A stretch of 64,000 nt of DNA, taken from positions 148,729-212,728 of the forward strand of contig JAMCXX010000004.1 of the NCBI GenBank assembly GCA_023474425.1, read 5' to 3'. A program made the position numbers and the translations under genes. Shown one piece after another: positions 1 to 8,468 of this stretch. The stretch comes from Patescibacteria group bacterium. GTDB lineage: Bacteria; Patescibacteriota; WWE3; JAMCXX01. Position 1 is the first letter of the stretch. Each line of letters begins with the position of its first letter. The notes beneath the pieces are model-generated. The model saw only the letters and a list, made by a program, of their open reading frames with translations. It was not told the origin of the DNA and made no database searches.

Positions 1-195
1 CTCGAGCAAATCGACTTCATCAAACTTTACGGAATCGGGTGCAATAGAAAGGCAGGACCGAAGCGGCGCGTCTTCCTTGCGATAAAGGCACACGACTTGA
101 GAACCAAGCTGCGCCAATTCTTCAATAAAATGGCTGCCAATAAAGCCCAAGCCGCCGGCAACCATCACTTTTTTTCCTTGCCAAAAATCGTCCAT
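1..195 (-). CDS. NAD-dependent sugar epimerase/dehydratase, N-terminal fragment; the gene runs off the window edge
   Basis: My own minus-strand translation from the ATG at 195-193 gives MDDFWQGKKVMVAGGLGFIGSHFIEELAQLGSQVVCLYRKED... It has a Rossmann GxxGxxG motif (GGLGFIGS). It is absent from the ORF track because there is no stop in the window. Confidence 0.6.
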   Translation of the reverse strand, partial: MDDFWQGKKVMVAGGLGFIGSHFIEELAQLGSQVVCLYRKEDAPLRSCLSIAPDSVKFDEVDLLE

Positions 196-270
196 TCTGA
201 CCGTCTTAACCAAAACTTATTATATAGATTATACTTTTCTTTGACTATGCCCATTGAATCGAGAATCCAA

Positions 271-298
271 TTGACCGATAATTTAAATCAATTACAAT
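271..298 (+). promoter_or_regulatory. Candidate sigma70-type promoter for the SDR gene
   Basis: TTGACC (271-276), a 16-nt spacer, then TACAAT (293-298), 17 nt upstream of the ATG at 315, in a divergent intergenic region. Confidence 0.35.
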
Positions 299-314
299 CT
301 AAACCATATATAAT

Positions 315-1067
315 ATGACTGTGGCATTAGAATTTTCGGAAAAGATTGCCGTAATTACCGGTGGCGGTACGGGGGTTGGTTTGGCTACGGCTAAATTTCT
401 TGCCGAAAAAGGTTGCCAACTGGCTCTAATCGGCCGTCGAATCGAAAAGCTTGATGAAGCAAAAAACGGGCTTAAGCCGCTCGGTACTCACGTAGAAGTC
501 TTTGCCGGTGATGTGAATAAAGACAGTGATGTTTGGACTATCTTCCAGAAAATTTACAAAGATTTTGGTCGACTTGACTTTTTGGTGAATAATGCCGGCA
601 TCAATAAATATAAAAAGGTGGAAGAAATAACGGCTAGTGACATTGACGAGGAGATTAGCGTTAAAAGCAGAGGTATCATTTTCTGCACCCGTGAAGCTTC
701 CAAACTTATGCACGAAGGAAGCGCGATTGTAAACATTACTTCGGTCACGGCTTTTTTAGGTGGGCAAAGTTCGCCGGCCTACGCCGCCGCCAATGCCGCC
801 GCCAACAACCTGACAAAATCATTCGCCCAAAAACTGGCCGGACAAAAAATTAGGGTTAATGCGGTAGCTCCGGGATTTATCTTTCCGACCGGATTTACGC
901 AAAACTACGACCCGGAAAAACTTAAGAAGCTGGCCGAAGTCAGCCTTATGAAAAGAGTTGCCTCTCCAGAAGATGTGGCCAAGGCCATTTACTTTCTGCT
1001 TTCGGACCTTTCCAGTTACATCACCGGCCACACTCTCCATGTGAACGGCGGGTACTACATGAACTGA
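315..1067 (+). CDS. Short-chain dehydrogenase/reductase (FabG-like) with an atypical active site (YxxxN)
   Basis: TGGGTGVG Rossmann motif, NNAG, and IRVNAVAPGFI. The catalytic segment reads SSPAYAAANAAANNLTKS, with Asn where the YxxxK lysine is expected. Confidence 0.8.
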   Translation: MTVALEFSEKIAVITGGGTGVGLATAKFLAEKGCQLALIGRRIEKLDEAKNGLKPLGTHVEVFAGDVNKDSDVWTIFQKIYKDFGRLDFLVNNAGINKYKKVEEITASDIDEEISVKSRGIIFCTREASKLMHEGSAIVNITSVTAFLGGQSSPAYAAANAAANNLTKSFAQKLAGQKIRVNAVAPGFIFPTGFTQNYDPEKLKKLAEVSLMKRVASPEDVAKAIYFLLSDLSSYITGHTLHVNGGYYMN

Positions 1068-1112
1068 CCAGAGATTGGGGCTTTTAGCAGTCTTTAAGCC
1101 CGAAGACCGGAG

Positions 1113-3338
1113 ATGTGGTATCCTTTTATAAACTGCCGGGCCTTTATGCAGAAACCGATTCTCTACTTTACTTTAAGCACCCTGGTAATTCTTTTGGCGC
1201 TGGCAATCACCTGGCCTATTCTGCCCCACATTCTCCCCCACGCCGATGAATACCTTTTTTACACCAACGCCTGGAGTATCTTAAGCGGAAAAGAACTACA
1301 AAATTATTTCCACGTCGCCGCCACCGAATACGCGTTCACCGCCTTTCTGTCCGTAGTCAACATGCTTACCAAGTCAGGAATAAACTTCCCAAATGGCGAT
1401 CCCGATGTGGTTACTTACTATTACGGGCGCATTTTTGGCCTAATTCTTTACCTTATAACCTACCTCGCTGCCGTGGTTGTACTCCAACGTGGAGAAAACA
1501 AATTCAAGCTTAGGACTCTGTTCTTTACTCTTCTTTACTTTGGTTCCCTGGGAATCTTTGAGAGGGCGTTCCGGGTTAACTCCGACGAGACCTCGGTTCT
1601 GGTTATCCTTAACTTCCTGATTGTTTCACTTTACTTGCACAAAAAACGCTCCCAGCCGTTCAAATTTTTTCTCGTCAATCTCGGCTTCGGTTTTTTGGCA
1701 ACCTTTACCAATTTCAAATCGATCTATTTGGCTACTCCTATACTAGTTTTAAATACTCTGCTGCCGTTTATTTTTTATGACAATGAAAAAGAAAACCACG
1801 AATCATTCTACACAAAATTATATAAAATGGCACTCTATACATTGGGAGTTTTTGGCGGAACGGTGGCCTTGTGGGCCATCTTTATTCCCAAACCCTTTAA
1901 TTATTTCAACTTCTGGATGTCTTTAAGAAACACCATCGTTACCCAGTCCAACTTTGATTTCAACTTTCCCAACCAAACCAACGGCAACCTGGGTAGCTGG
2001 TCCTCTTACTTTTATGATTTCTTCGTCGAGTACATCGGGCTGACACAACTGGCGGCCATCTTGACGGTCGTTGGGACCGCCTATTATCTTGGGCGAAAAC
2101 GCTACTTAAGTTTTATTTTTGATTTTTTAAGAAAACAATTAAAATTTCAAAATTTTAAAACTGGCGAACTCTTTTTAAGCACCGAACTTATTATTTTGGC
2201 CAGCGCTTTTTGCTACTATCTCGGTATCGGCCACGCTACGACTCACTGGTCACGCTGGGGCTTGCCCGTCGGTTTTTTCGGGTTGATAATTTTAGGAACC
2301 GTCCTGGAAAAGAGTTTCCTTTTTATAACTAACGAACGGGCAAGCTGGCCGAGAAGACCGAAATTTTGGCTGGCTGTTTTACTACTCTTTACCTTCGGCT
2401 GGTCACTGAGGTTTGCCTTAGCCTACGACATTTCCCGAAGCAACTACCCCAGTCAGGGCGGACTAAAACTGACCTCAGCTGATGTAAAGCAATTTCTCAC
2501 GGATAAGGGAGTAGCTCCGTCCGACTACACGAAGACGGCAGCTTGGTACGGCTTTGGCTCGGAGGGTATAGGTAACATTCTCTTGAGCCAACTAACCGAC
2601 CCCGAACACAAAGAAACCAAATATCTTTTTTGGCCCTATTGGAATATTGGCGTTCTTTATGAAAATGGGATGGACGACAAAGAAAGCGCCAACCAAATGT
2701 ATCTGGTCAAGAAATACGCGCAAAAAGTTGACTTCCGCTTCCCCACTCTCCTCTCGCACTATATTCACTACACCAAAATGTTCGCCTGGAGGTACTTGGG
2801 CATTACCTGGTACCCAGAAGTTGAATCGCTGGTAGAGTCCCAGTACGGCGTGGTTGAACTTAAGAGCTTGCCCAATCGGATTATGCTTGACTACGATGTA
2901 CCCTTCGACAAAATGACCTACTATTACACTCCTTACTCCGAAATTTTTAACCTTAAAAACCTGCCCAACGGCTATATGTTTCCGCCCTGCTATTCCAATC
3001 CGTTTGTCGTCTACGCCCAAGACGGCAAACCCGTGCCGGAAAACCCCGTTTTGGGCGGTTCTGGCAAAACGGCCGGTCTTTATTGCCACGGCACCCGGTT
3101 TGTGATGACTTTTAAAGGTAATTACTGGATCAAAATTGAGGGCTTGCCCAAGGGAGACGAAAACGGGGCAATGATCTATTCGGCCTACAACTACACTTAC
3201 GATCCGATAACCAAGACTATCTACTTCCACAACCCTTCCGATGCTTATTCGGCCGAGTTCGGTGTTGCTACTAGAGAAAAAAACGTACCCGGACTTAAAT
3301 TTCACGTCTCCTATGACTCCTTGGTGAACTCGAACTAG
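1113..3338 (+). CDS. Polytopic membrane protein with a large C-terminal soluble domain; possible GT-C-type glycosyltransferase
   Basis: 741-aa ORF. The N-terminal ~430 aa hold many hydrophobic helices and the C-terminal ~300 aa are hydrophilic. It sits in the glycosylation island. No family was recognised. An alternative start is the ATG at 1146. Confidence 0.45.
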   Translation: MWYPFINCRAFMQKPILYFTLSTLVILLALAITWPILPHILPHADEYLFYTNAWSILSGKELQNYFHVAATEYAFTAFLSVVNMLTKSGINFPNGDPDVVTYYYGRIFGLILYLITYLAAVVVLQRGENKFKLRTLFFTLLYFGSLGIFERAFRVNSDETSVLVILNFLIVSLYLHKKRSQPFKFFLVNLGFGFLATFTNFKSIYLATPILVLNTLLPFIFYDNEKENHESFYTKLYKMALYTLGVFGGTVALWAIFIPKPFNYFNFWMSLRNTIVTQSNFDFNFPNQTNGNLGSWSSYFYDFFVEYIGLTQLAAILTVVGTAYYLGRKRYLSFIFDFLRKQLKFQNFKTGELFLSTELIILASAFCYYLGIGHATTHWSRWGLPVGFFGLIILGTVLEKSFLFITNERASWPRRPKFWLAVLLLFTFGWSLRFALAYDISRSNYPSQGGLKLTSADVKQFLTDKGVAPSDYTKTAAWYGFGSEGIGNILLSQLTDPEHKETKYLFWPYWNIGVLYENGMDDKESANQMYLVKKYAQKVDFRFPTLLSHYIHYTKMFAWRYLGITWYPEVESLVESQYGVVELKSLPNRIMLDYDVPFDKMTYYYTPYSEIFNLKNLPNGYMFPPCYSNPFVVYAQDGKPVPENPVLGGSGKTAGLYCHGTRFVMTFKGNYWIKIEGLPKGDENGAMIYSAYNYTYDPITKTIYFHNPSDAYSAEFGVATREKNVPGLKFHVSYDSLVNSN

Positions 3339-4018
3339 GGCTCAAAAGTTAAGAGGGTGTCTCGGTTTAAATTGACCCTGTTAGTTTTACCGTCCCAGCC
3401 GACTTCGTAATCAAAATTTTCCGATCCGATTTGCTTCTGCAAAAGAATTTGGTATCCCTGACCAGCCGGTACACTCACAGGACTGTGATATTCGAGAGTC
3501 AGTGGTGTCTCCGAACCGCCTCTCACAATAGCCTCGGCGAGAAAAACCGTCTTGCCCGAGTCCGAAGCACTCGCAATCGTATTATTAACACCTTGGTATC
3601 CTAGTAAAGCTGAATCTTTCGGCACATAAATTTGCAAAAGCAATTTTTGCTGGGTCGGATTCTGTCCGGAGGTTTTTAAAGTAATCTTAAGCTTCGACGA
3701 AACCTGACCGTTCTCCTCCAAACCGCTTTTCACGACCAAAGCTTGAAGATTGGCTCTCTCGTGAGCCCCGGGGAGCAAAGAAACGTTGACGTTCAAATAG
3801 TCTGCAGAGGTATTGTCCAAAGAACCGGCCAGGTTGTACTTCTCTAAAAGACTTTGAACCGGGGAATTAAAAAGATTGATAACTACATGTTTGCCCCAAA
3901 CCATGGACTCGAGCGAGAGCAGCTGACGGAGATAATCCAGACTTTTAAAATTCGCCGCTTTTTTTAGCAGCTCATTCAATAAAACGCTGACGGTATCTTT
4001 GTAACGGCGCGACGACAA
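3335..4018 (-). CDS. C-terminal part of a DUF4012-like envelope protein, out of frame with the upstream part
   Basis: 227-aa ORF opening with TTG. This frame stays open upstream to 4051 and overlaps the end of ORF 3972-5234. See the frameshift finding. Confidence 0.5.
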   Translation of the reverse strand: MSSRRYKDTVSVLLNELLKKAANFKSLDYLRQLLSLESMVWGKHVVINLFNSPVQSLLEKYNLAGSLDNTSADYLNVNVSLLPGAHERANLQALVVKSGLEENGQVSSKLKITLKTSGQNPTQQKLLLQIYVPKDSALLGYQGVNNTIASASDSGKTVFLAEAIVRGGSETPLTLEYHSPVSVPAGQGYQILLQKQIGSENFDYEVGWDGKTNRVNLNRDTLLTFEP

Positions 4019-5234
4019 AGAGCGGTCGCCGACGTGGGAAAAAAAAATCTCTCATAACCTCGTCAGCGTTTTGGGAGTTAACTGTCTGCTCGGGTGAGAG
4101 GGTCACCGGGCCAAGAAGATCTATGAGCGCCTTAACAAAATCGGTGTCCACAACCATAATCCCCTCCAGCGGAAAGGAACCGGGTGTGGATTGCCACAAT
4201 TCGCGAATAACACCGGCGGTGGCCTTAAAATCCACCGAGTAATTAGCTTCCCGCATATAGGTCGAGTATCCGTAGTACCGTCTAAGAAACTCCGGAATGA
4301 CCGGACGCGGGCCGTCGACTGTTTCGTCAAGAAAATAAATGTCGCCGGATTTCATAACACTAAAACTACCGTCATGAACGGCGAAAAAAGCGTAGCCGCC
4401 TAAAAGGCCTCCGCCCGGCCGGGGCTCATTGTTATCCTGAATAATAATAAGGTAACTTTTGTCCTGGTCCAGTCCGGACAATTCCGGAAGATTAGCCAAA
4501 AGCTTGATTAAATCGTCGAAAGAATTAAAAGAAATTCTGGCGGCACTTTTTAAGGTTTTGATCGTTTGGCGGACACTAATACCCTTAAAGGTTTGGGGGT
4601 ACCGTCTTTCATCAATTGAGCTAATTTCCCGATTAATATCTTCCAATTCCTTCTTATACTCCGGTAGGTTAACGGAAATCTGTTTCAAGGCCGTCGTGGC
4701 TTGGGCAAGGCGGGTTTCTGAGGCAGACGTCTCCGACGGGCCCGGATTATAACGTAGTGTGGGAACGGCCGCTTTCACCTTATTCACCAAGTTCGAAGAC
4801 AGATCATAGGCCTTAAGAACCGCTAGAGAACCCCGATATAAATCTCGAACATAGGGACCGACGACAGGCAGTGGAGAAAACAAGTTAAGTTTCGAGGCAT
4901 CATCTCTAACTCCGACTATTTGCGGACGCAGGTATTCCATTTCAAAGGCTAACGTATCCAAATCGTAACTTGACAAAGCAACTCTAATAGGTCGGAGGCT
5001 CACCGATAATTTCTTGTATTTTAAATAAAGATCTAAAGCTGGAGAAATTAAAAAAATATAAAAAAACAACATTAAGAGCAGAGTTGCCGAAGAGACAACC
5101 GTCAATCGTTTGTGCTTCCGGTAGAACCGGGATAAGAAATTGCAGATACGACTTCCGTTAGACCCCATAATGCTTAGTAAATTATAATTGAGATGTACAC
5201 CTATTGTCGAAACAGCCGTAAAACTTACCCCCAT
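3972..5234 (-). CDS. N-terminal part of a DUF4012-like membrane-anchored protein
   Basis: N-terminal TM (LLLMLFFYIFLISPAL), a helical region, and the motif NNEPRPGGGLLGGYAFFAVHDGSF, which I recall as typical of DUF4012. It ends shortly after a T9 run. Confidence 0.5.
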   Translation of the reverse strand: MGVSFTAVSTIGVHLNYNLLSIMGSNGSRICNFLSRFYRKHKRLTVVSSATLLLMLFFYIFLISPALDLYLKYKKLSVSLRPIRVALSSYDLDTLAFEMEYLRPQIVGVRDDASKLNLFSPLPVVGPYVRDLYRGSLAVLKAYDLSSNLVNKVKAAVPTLRYNPGPSETSASETRLAQATTALKQISVNLPEYKKELEDINREISSIDERRYPQTFKGISVRQTIKTLKSAARISFNSFDDLIKLLANLPELSGLDQDKSYLIIIQDNNEPRPGGGLLGGYAFFAVHDGSFSVMKSGDIYFLDETVDGPRPVIPEFLRRYYGYSTYMREANYSVDFKATAGVIRELWQSTPGSFPLEGIMVVDTDFVKALIDLLGPVTLSPEQTVNSQNADEVMRDFFFPRRRPLFVVAPLQRYRQRFIE

Positions 5235-5311
5235 AGTTATGGTAATTGTTTTAAATTCGGTATAATCACAAATAGAGACTTAACCGTTTAATCGGAAAGG
5301 AGACCGGAAAA

Positions 5312-6118
5312 ATGATGCAAGAGATCAAAACACTGGTCGTCGTGGTCGATTCGCTCAACGTCGGCCCCGAATCACTACGGGCATTAATCCGAAGAATCTT
5401 TTGTGCGATAAATGCCCTGCCGGCAAGGCGCGGCCTGGTGGTTTTGACTATCCACCACGGCCTCGATCGTTGCAGCGAATTGGAAAAGCTGCCGGCCGAG
5501 TTCGGCGAGCGAGTGTTCCTGGCATCCGTAGACAGTAAGACTTTTGCTCACGCCTACACTAACGGACTGCAAAAAGCCCTCACTCTGGGTGCTGACCTTG
5601 TTGTAGAACTCGATTCGGGGGGAGGGCATTTGCCCGAAGAACTCCCCCGCTTTGTTGCCGCACTGGAGCAAAACGACGTCGCCCTAGGATCAAGGTTTAT
5701 GCCGGGGTCCGTCAACAAATATCCATGGCAAAGGCGGGTGGTGAGCCTTGGCGTAACCTGGCTGGTCAACCTATTCTTTGCCCTTGGGTTCAAGTACACG
5801 GACGCCGCCAGCGGCTTTCAGGGATTCCGGGCGGAAACTCTGAAAAGAGTCTTCGGCCTTTTAGACCCGAAGCGCTGGGCTTCGGCGAACATTGGCCCGT
5901 TCCATCTCTATCAAACGGAGATGAGAGTCCTTTTGGCGCTGTTGCCACAATGTTCGATTGTGGAAGTTCCTATTACATACGGTGCCGAAAAGAAAGGTCG
6001 ACCGCTTGGGATTTTTTATCTCATGAGGAGTCTTTGGTGCCTGTGTCTTATTTGGAAGGAGAGAATCGATATCCATAAGCATCTGCCCCGATCGGCACTA
6101 ATGGGTGTGGAGGAGTAG
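5312..6118 (+). CDS. GT2 glycosyltransferase, polyprenol-phosphate sugar synthase-like (DPM1/CsbB-like)
   Basis: ADLVVELDSGGGHLPEELPRFVAALEQNDVALGSRF resembles the DxD/GSR core of Dpm1/GtrB-type enzymes. There is an AAAGGAG RBS about 10 nt upstream. It is directly upstream of the YfhO-like gene. Confidence 0.65.
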   Translation: MMQEIKTLVVVVDSLNVGPESLRALIRRIFCAINALPARRGLVVLTIHHGLDRCSELEKLPAEFGERVFLASVDSKTFAHAYTNGLQKALTLGADLVVELDSGGGHLPEELPRFVAALEQNDVALGSRFMPGSVNKYPWQRRVVSLGVTWLVNLFFALGFKYTDAASGFQGFRAETLKRVFGLLDPKRWASANIGPFHLYQTEMRVLLALLPQCSIVEVPITYGAEKKGRPLGIFYLMRSLWCLCLIWKERIDIHKHLPRSALMGVEE

Positions 6119-6160
6119 CTTTATTCTGCCACACCCAATTCAATTTATGGCCATAACAAT

Positions 6161-8464
6161 ATGAAACGCCTAAAACCCGTGTTACTTATTCTCGTCTTTA
6201 TTGTTCTTGTCTTCATTAAAAATGTAGCTTTCTGGTCCGATTCGCGAACTTATTTTTTTGGTGACACCGCCGTTTACCCTCTGCATTTAGCCGCCTTAAG
6301 CAACAACCTGGGTTCACTTTTTAGCGCCAAAGATTCCCTGTTTTTGTGGAATCCTAACTACCTCTCCCTGGGCATTCCCACTCTATCCGTCGTTGATATG
6401 GGGATTTTATACCCTCCGAACATTGTCATTGCCATCCTGGCCCGAATTTTTAATCAAGAAATGCTGGTTTTTCCTCTTTACGATCTTTTTATCCTCTTTC
6501 ACTTATTTTTTGGCGCTTTATTTATTTATAAAATCCTTAAAGATGGCTTAAATCTTAACTTTTTTTCCTCAATCATCGGCGCATTCTTCTGGATCTATTC
6601 CGGCTTTAATCTTGAGTTCATTACTTCAGCTCCGGTGATGATGGCAGCGGCTTACCTACCATTCTGTTTTTATTTATCGCTAAATCAGACCATCCCTAAA
6701 CTCGACCGCCGTTTTATTTCTTTTTTTATTGCCCTCGGATTCAGCTTTCTCGTCGGCTATCCAATGGTCAGCCTTATTGTCTACGGTATCTGCCTTATAT
6801 TCAGATTGTTCAACCGTCAAGAGCTTCGTCGGAAATTTCTTAAAGCGGCCGCCTTTGAGATTTTGGGATTTATGTTTATTACTCTGCCAATGATTATGCC
6901 CTTATACCTTACCTCATATTTTTACCTCGGCCTTTCAGTACGCGCTTCCCTAAGCCTTGAGGGTTTTCTTTTTTCTCCGGTTCCGCCGTTAAACATTGTA
7001 GAACCGTTTCTGCCCAAGAACACGTTTTTTAACACTATCTCTTCCGTTAACCAGGTATACCTCTACTTTAGTCTTGTAGCTCTGTTAATCACACTCCAGG
7101 TAAAGTCCCTAAAAACCCTCATTGGTAGTAAACAGAATCGAATCCTAATCTTCCTCGGCCTTGCCGGACTTCTCCTCTGTCTGGGAAAAGCCGGAGACTT
7201 GGCAACGCTTGTCTATTTCTTGGTTCCGGGGATAAACATCTTCCGTCGTCTTTCCGTCTTCTCTCTTGTTCCGACTTTTGTGTTTGTACTTCTTGTTCCG
7301 CAGATTATTGAAGGCGCCCTAGAAAATAAATTTTTCTCTAAAGCCACTTTATTTTGGATTAAGGTTCTGGCCGTTCTTTGGATTTATGCCCAGGCAATTA
7401 GCCTCTTAAATTACGGGGATTTAGCCAATTCCGCTAATCTTAACTATCTTTTTCAGAGTCTTCTTTTGACAACCTTAATTAGCGGTCTGGCCATTCTTGC
7501 CTTCTATCTCTACCGGACTAATAAGAAGCTTGGACAGGCAGTGCTAATTTTTGCCGTCCTTATGGAAGGAGGCAGTCTGACGGCCTCTAAATTTTTTCTC
7601 AACGCCAAACTTGACCCGGCGACCCTGTTTAAACCCAACTCCATTATTAGACTCCTAAAGGAAAACCTAAAACCAATGGAAAGAGTCGATTTAATCTCGA
7701 CGCAGAACGGTTACAACACGGACTTTTTAAATATCGAGCAGGAAGGCGGCTATCTCTCTTTGGCCAGTAATTACGGGGTCGAAATCAATGAGGCATTTAA
7801 TCGTGATGATTATAGTAAAAACAATCTTCGAGACATCTTAGGAATCAGGTACGTTATCAAAAAGACGGAGCTCAACGATTCCGGCCTCACAAAGATTAAG
7901 ATTCTAAAACAAAACTCGGTAAAACCCGACCTCTTCTACTTCAGCGCCTCAACCATTAGCTGGGAACCGGAGCCGCCGGAAGTAAACTACAATATTTATG
8001 TAAACAAAAATTCATTACCGAGAATTTATTTGGCTTCCGGCCTGATTGGGGTTGACCACCAAGACAAAGACACCCTGAAATTTCTGGAAAGCTTAAAAGA
8101 ACCGACGGAGGTCGTCCTCAACACTCAAGACCTTAAGAAAGCTTCTTTGGCGAACGGTTCAGTCCGGGTGGTTGAGTATCGCCGCAATTATATTAAAACG
8201 GTAGTCAACTCCGGCGGCCCTGTCTTTCTGGCCAATGCCACGGCTTTTTACCCCGGTTGGAGTCTTAAAATAAACGGCCAGGACGCTAAACCTTTGCAGA
8301 CCAACTGGTTTATGATGGGGACTTATCTGCCTAAGGGGCAGAATACCGTGGAATTTTCTTATTTCCCGAAGACAATCACCTTATCTCTTTACTACTTTCT
8401 CCTGTCCATTGTATTCTGGTTATTCTTAATACCTTTAAGATGGATGACAAAAATTAAACCGTGA
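6161..8464 (+). CDS. YfhO-family polytopic membrane glycosyltransferase
   Basis: 767 aa with many TM helices. The C-terminal FYPGWSLKINGQDAKPLQTNWFMMGTYLPKGQNTVEFSYFP, followed by a final TM, is the typical YfhO C-terminus. Confidence 0.7.
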   Translation: MKRLKPVLLILVFIVLVFIKNVAFWSDSRTYFFGDTAVYPLHLAALSNNLGSLFSAKDSLFLWNPNYLSLGIPTLSVVDMGILYPPNIVIAILARIFNQEMLVFPLYDLFILFHLFFGALFIYKILKDGLNLNFFSSIIGAFFWIYSGFNLEFITSAPVMMAAAYLPFCFYLSLNQTIPKLDRRFISFFIALGFSFLVGYPMVSLIVYGICLIFRLFNRQELRRKFLKAAAFEILGFMFITLPMIMPLYLTSYFYLGLSVRASLSLEGFLFSPVPPLNIVEPFLPKNTFFNTISSVNQVYLYFSLVALLITLQVKSLKTLIGSKQNRILIFLGLAGLLLCLGKAGDLATLVYFLVPGINIFRRLSVFSLVPTFVFVLLVPQIIEGALENKFFSKATLFWIKVLAVLWIYAQAISLLNYGDLANSANLNYLFQSLLLTTLISGLAILAFYLYRTNKKLGQAVLIFAVLMEGGSLTASKFFLNAKLDPATLFKPNSIIRLLKENLKPMERVDLISTQNGYNTDFLNIEQEGGYLSLASNYGVEINEAFNRDDYSKNNLRDILGIRYVIKKTELNDSGLTKIKILKQNSVKPDLFYFSASTISWEPEPPEVNYNIYVNKNSLPRIYLASGLIGVDHQDKDTLKFLESLKEPTEVVLNTQDLKKASLANGSVRVVEYRRNYIKTVVNSGGPVFLANATAFYPGWSLKINGQDAKPLQTNWFMMGTYLPKGQNTVEFSYFPKTITLSLYYFLLSIVFWLFLIPLRWMTKIKP

Positions 8465-8468
8465 CCCT

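Noticed and set aside
97-318. 73-aa plus-strand ORF at the left edge
   Set aside because: It overlaps the better-supported minus-strand epimerase fragment (1-195) and the AT-rich divergent promoter region. It has no recognisable features.
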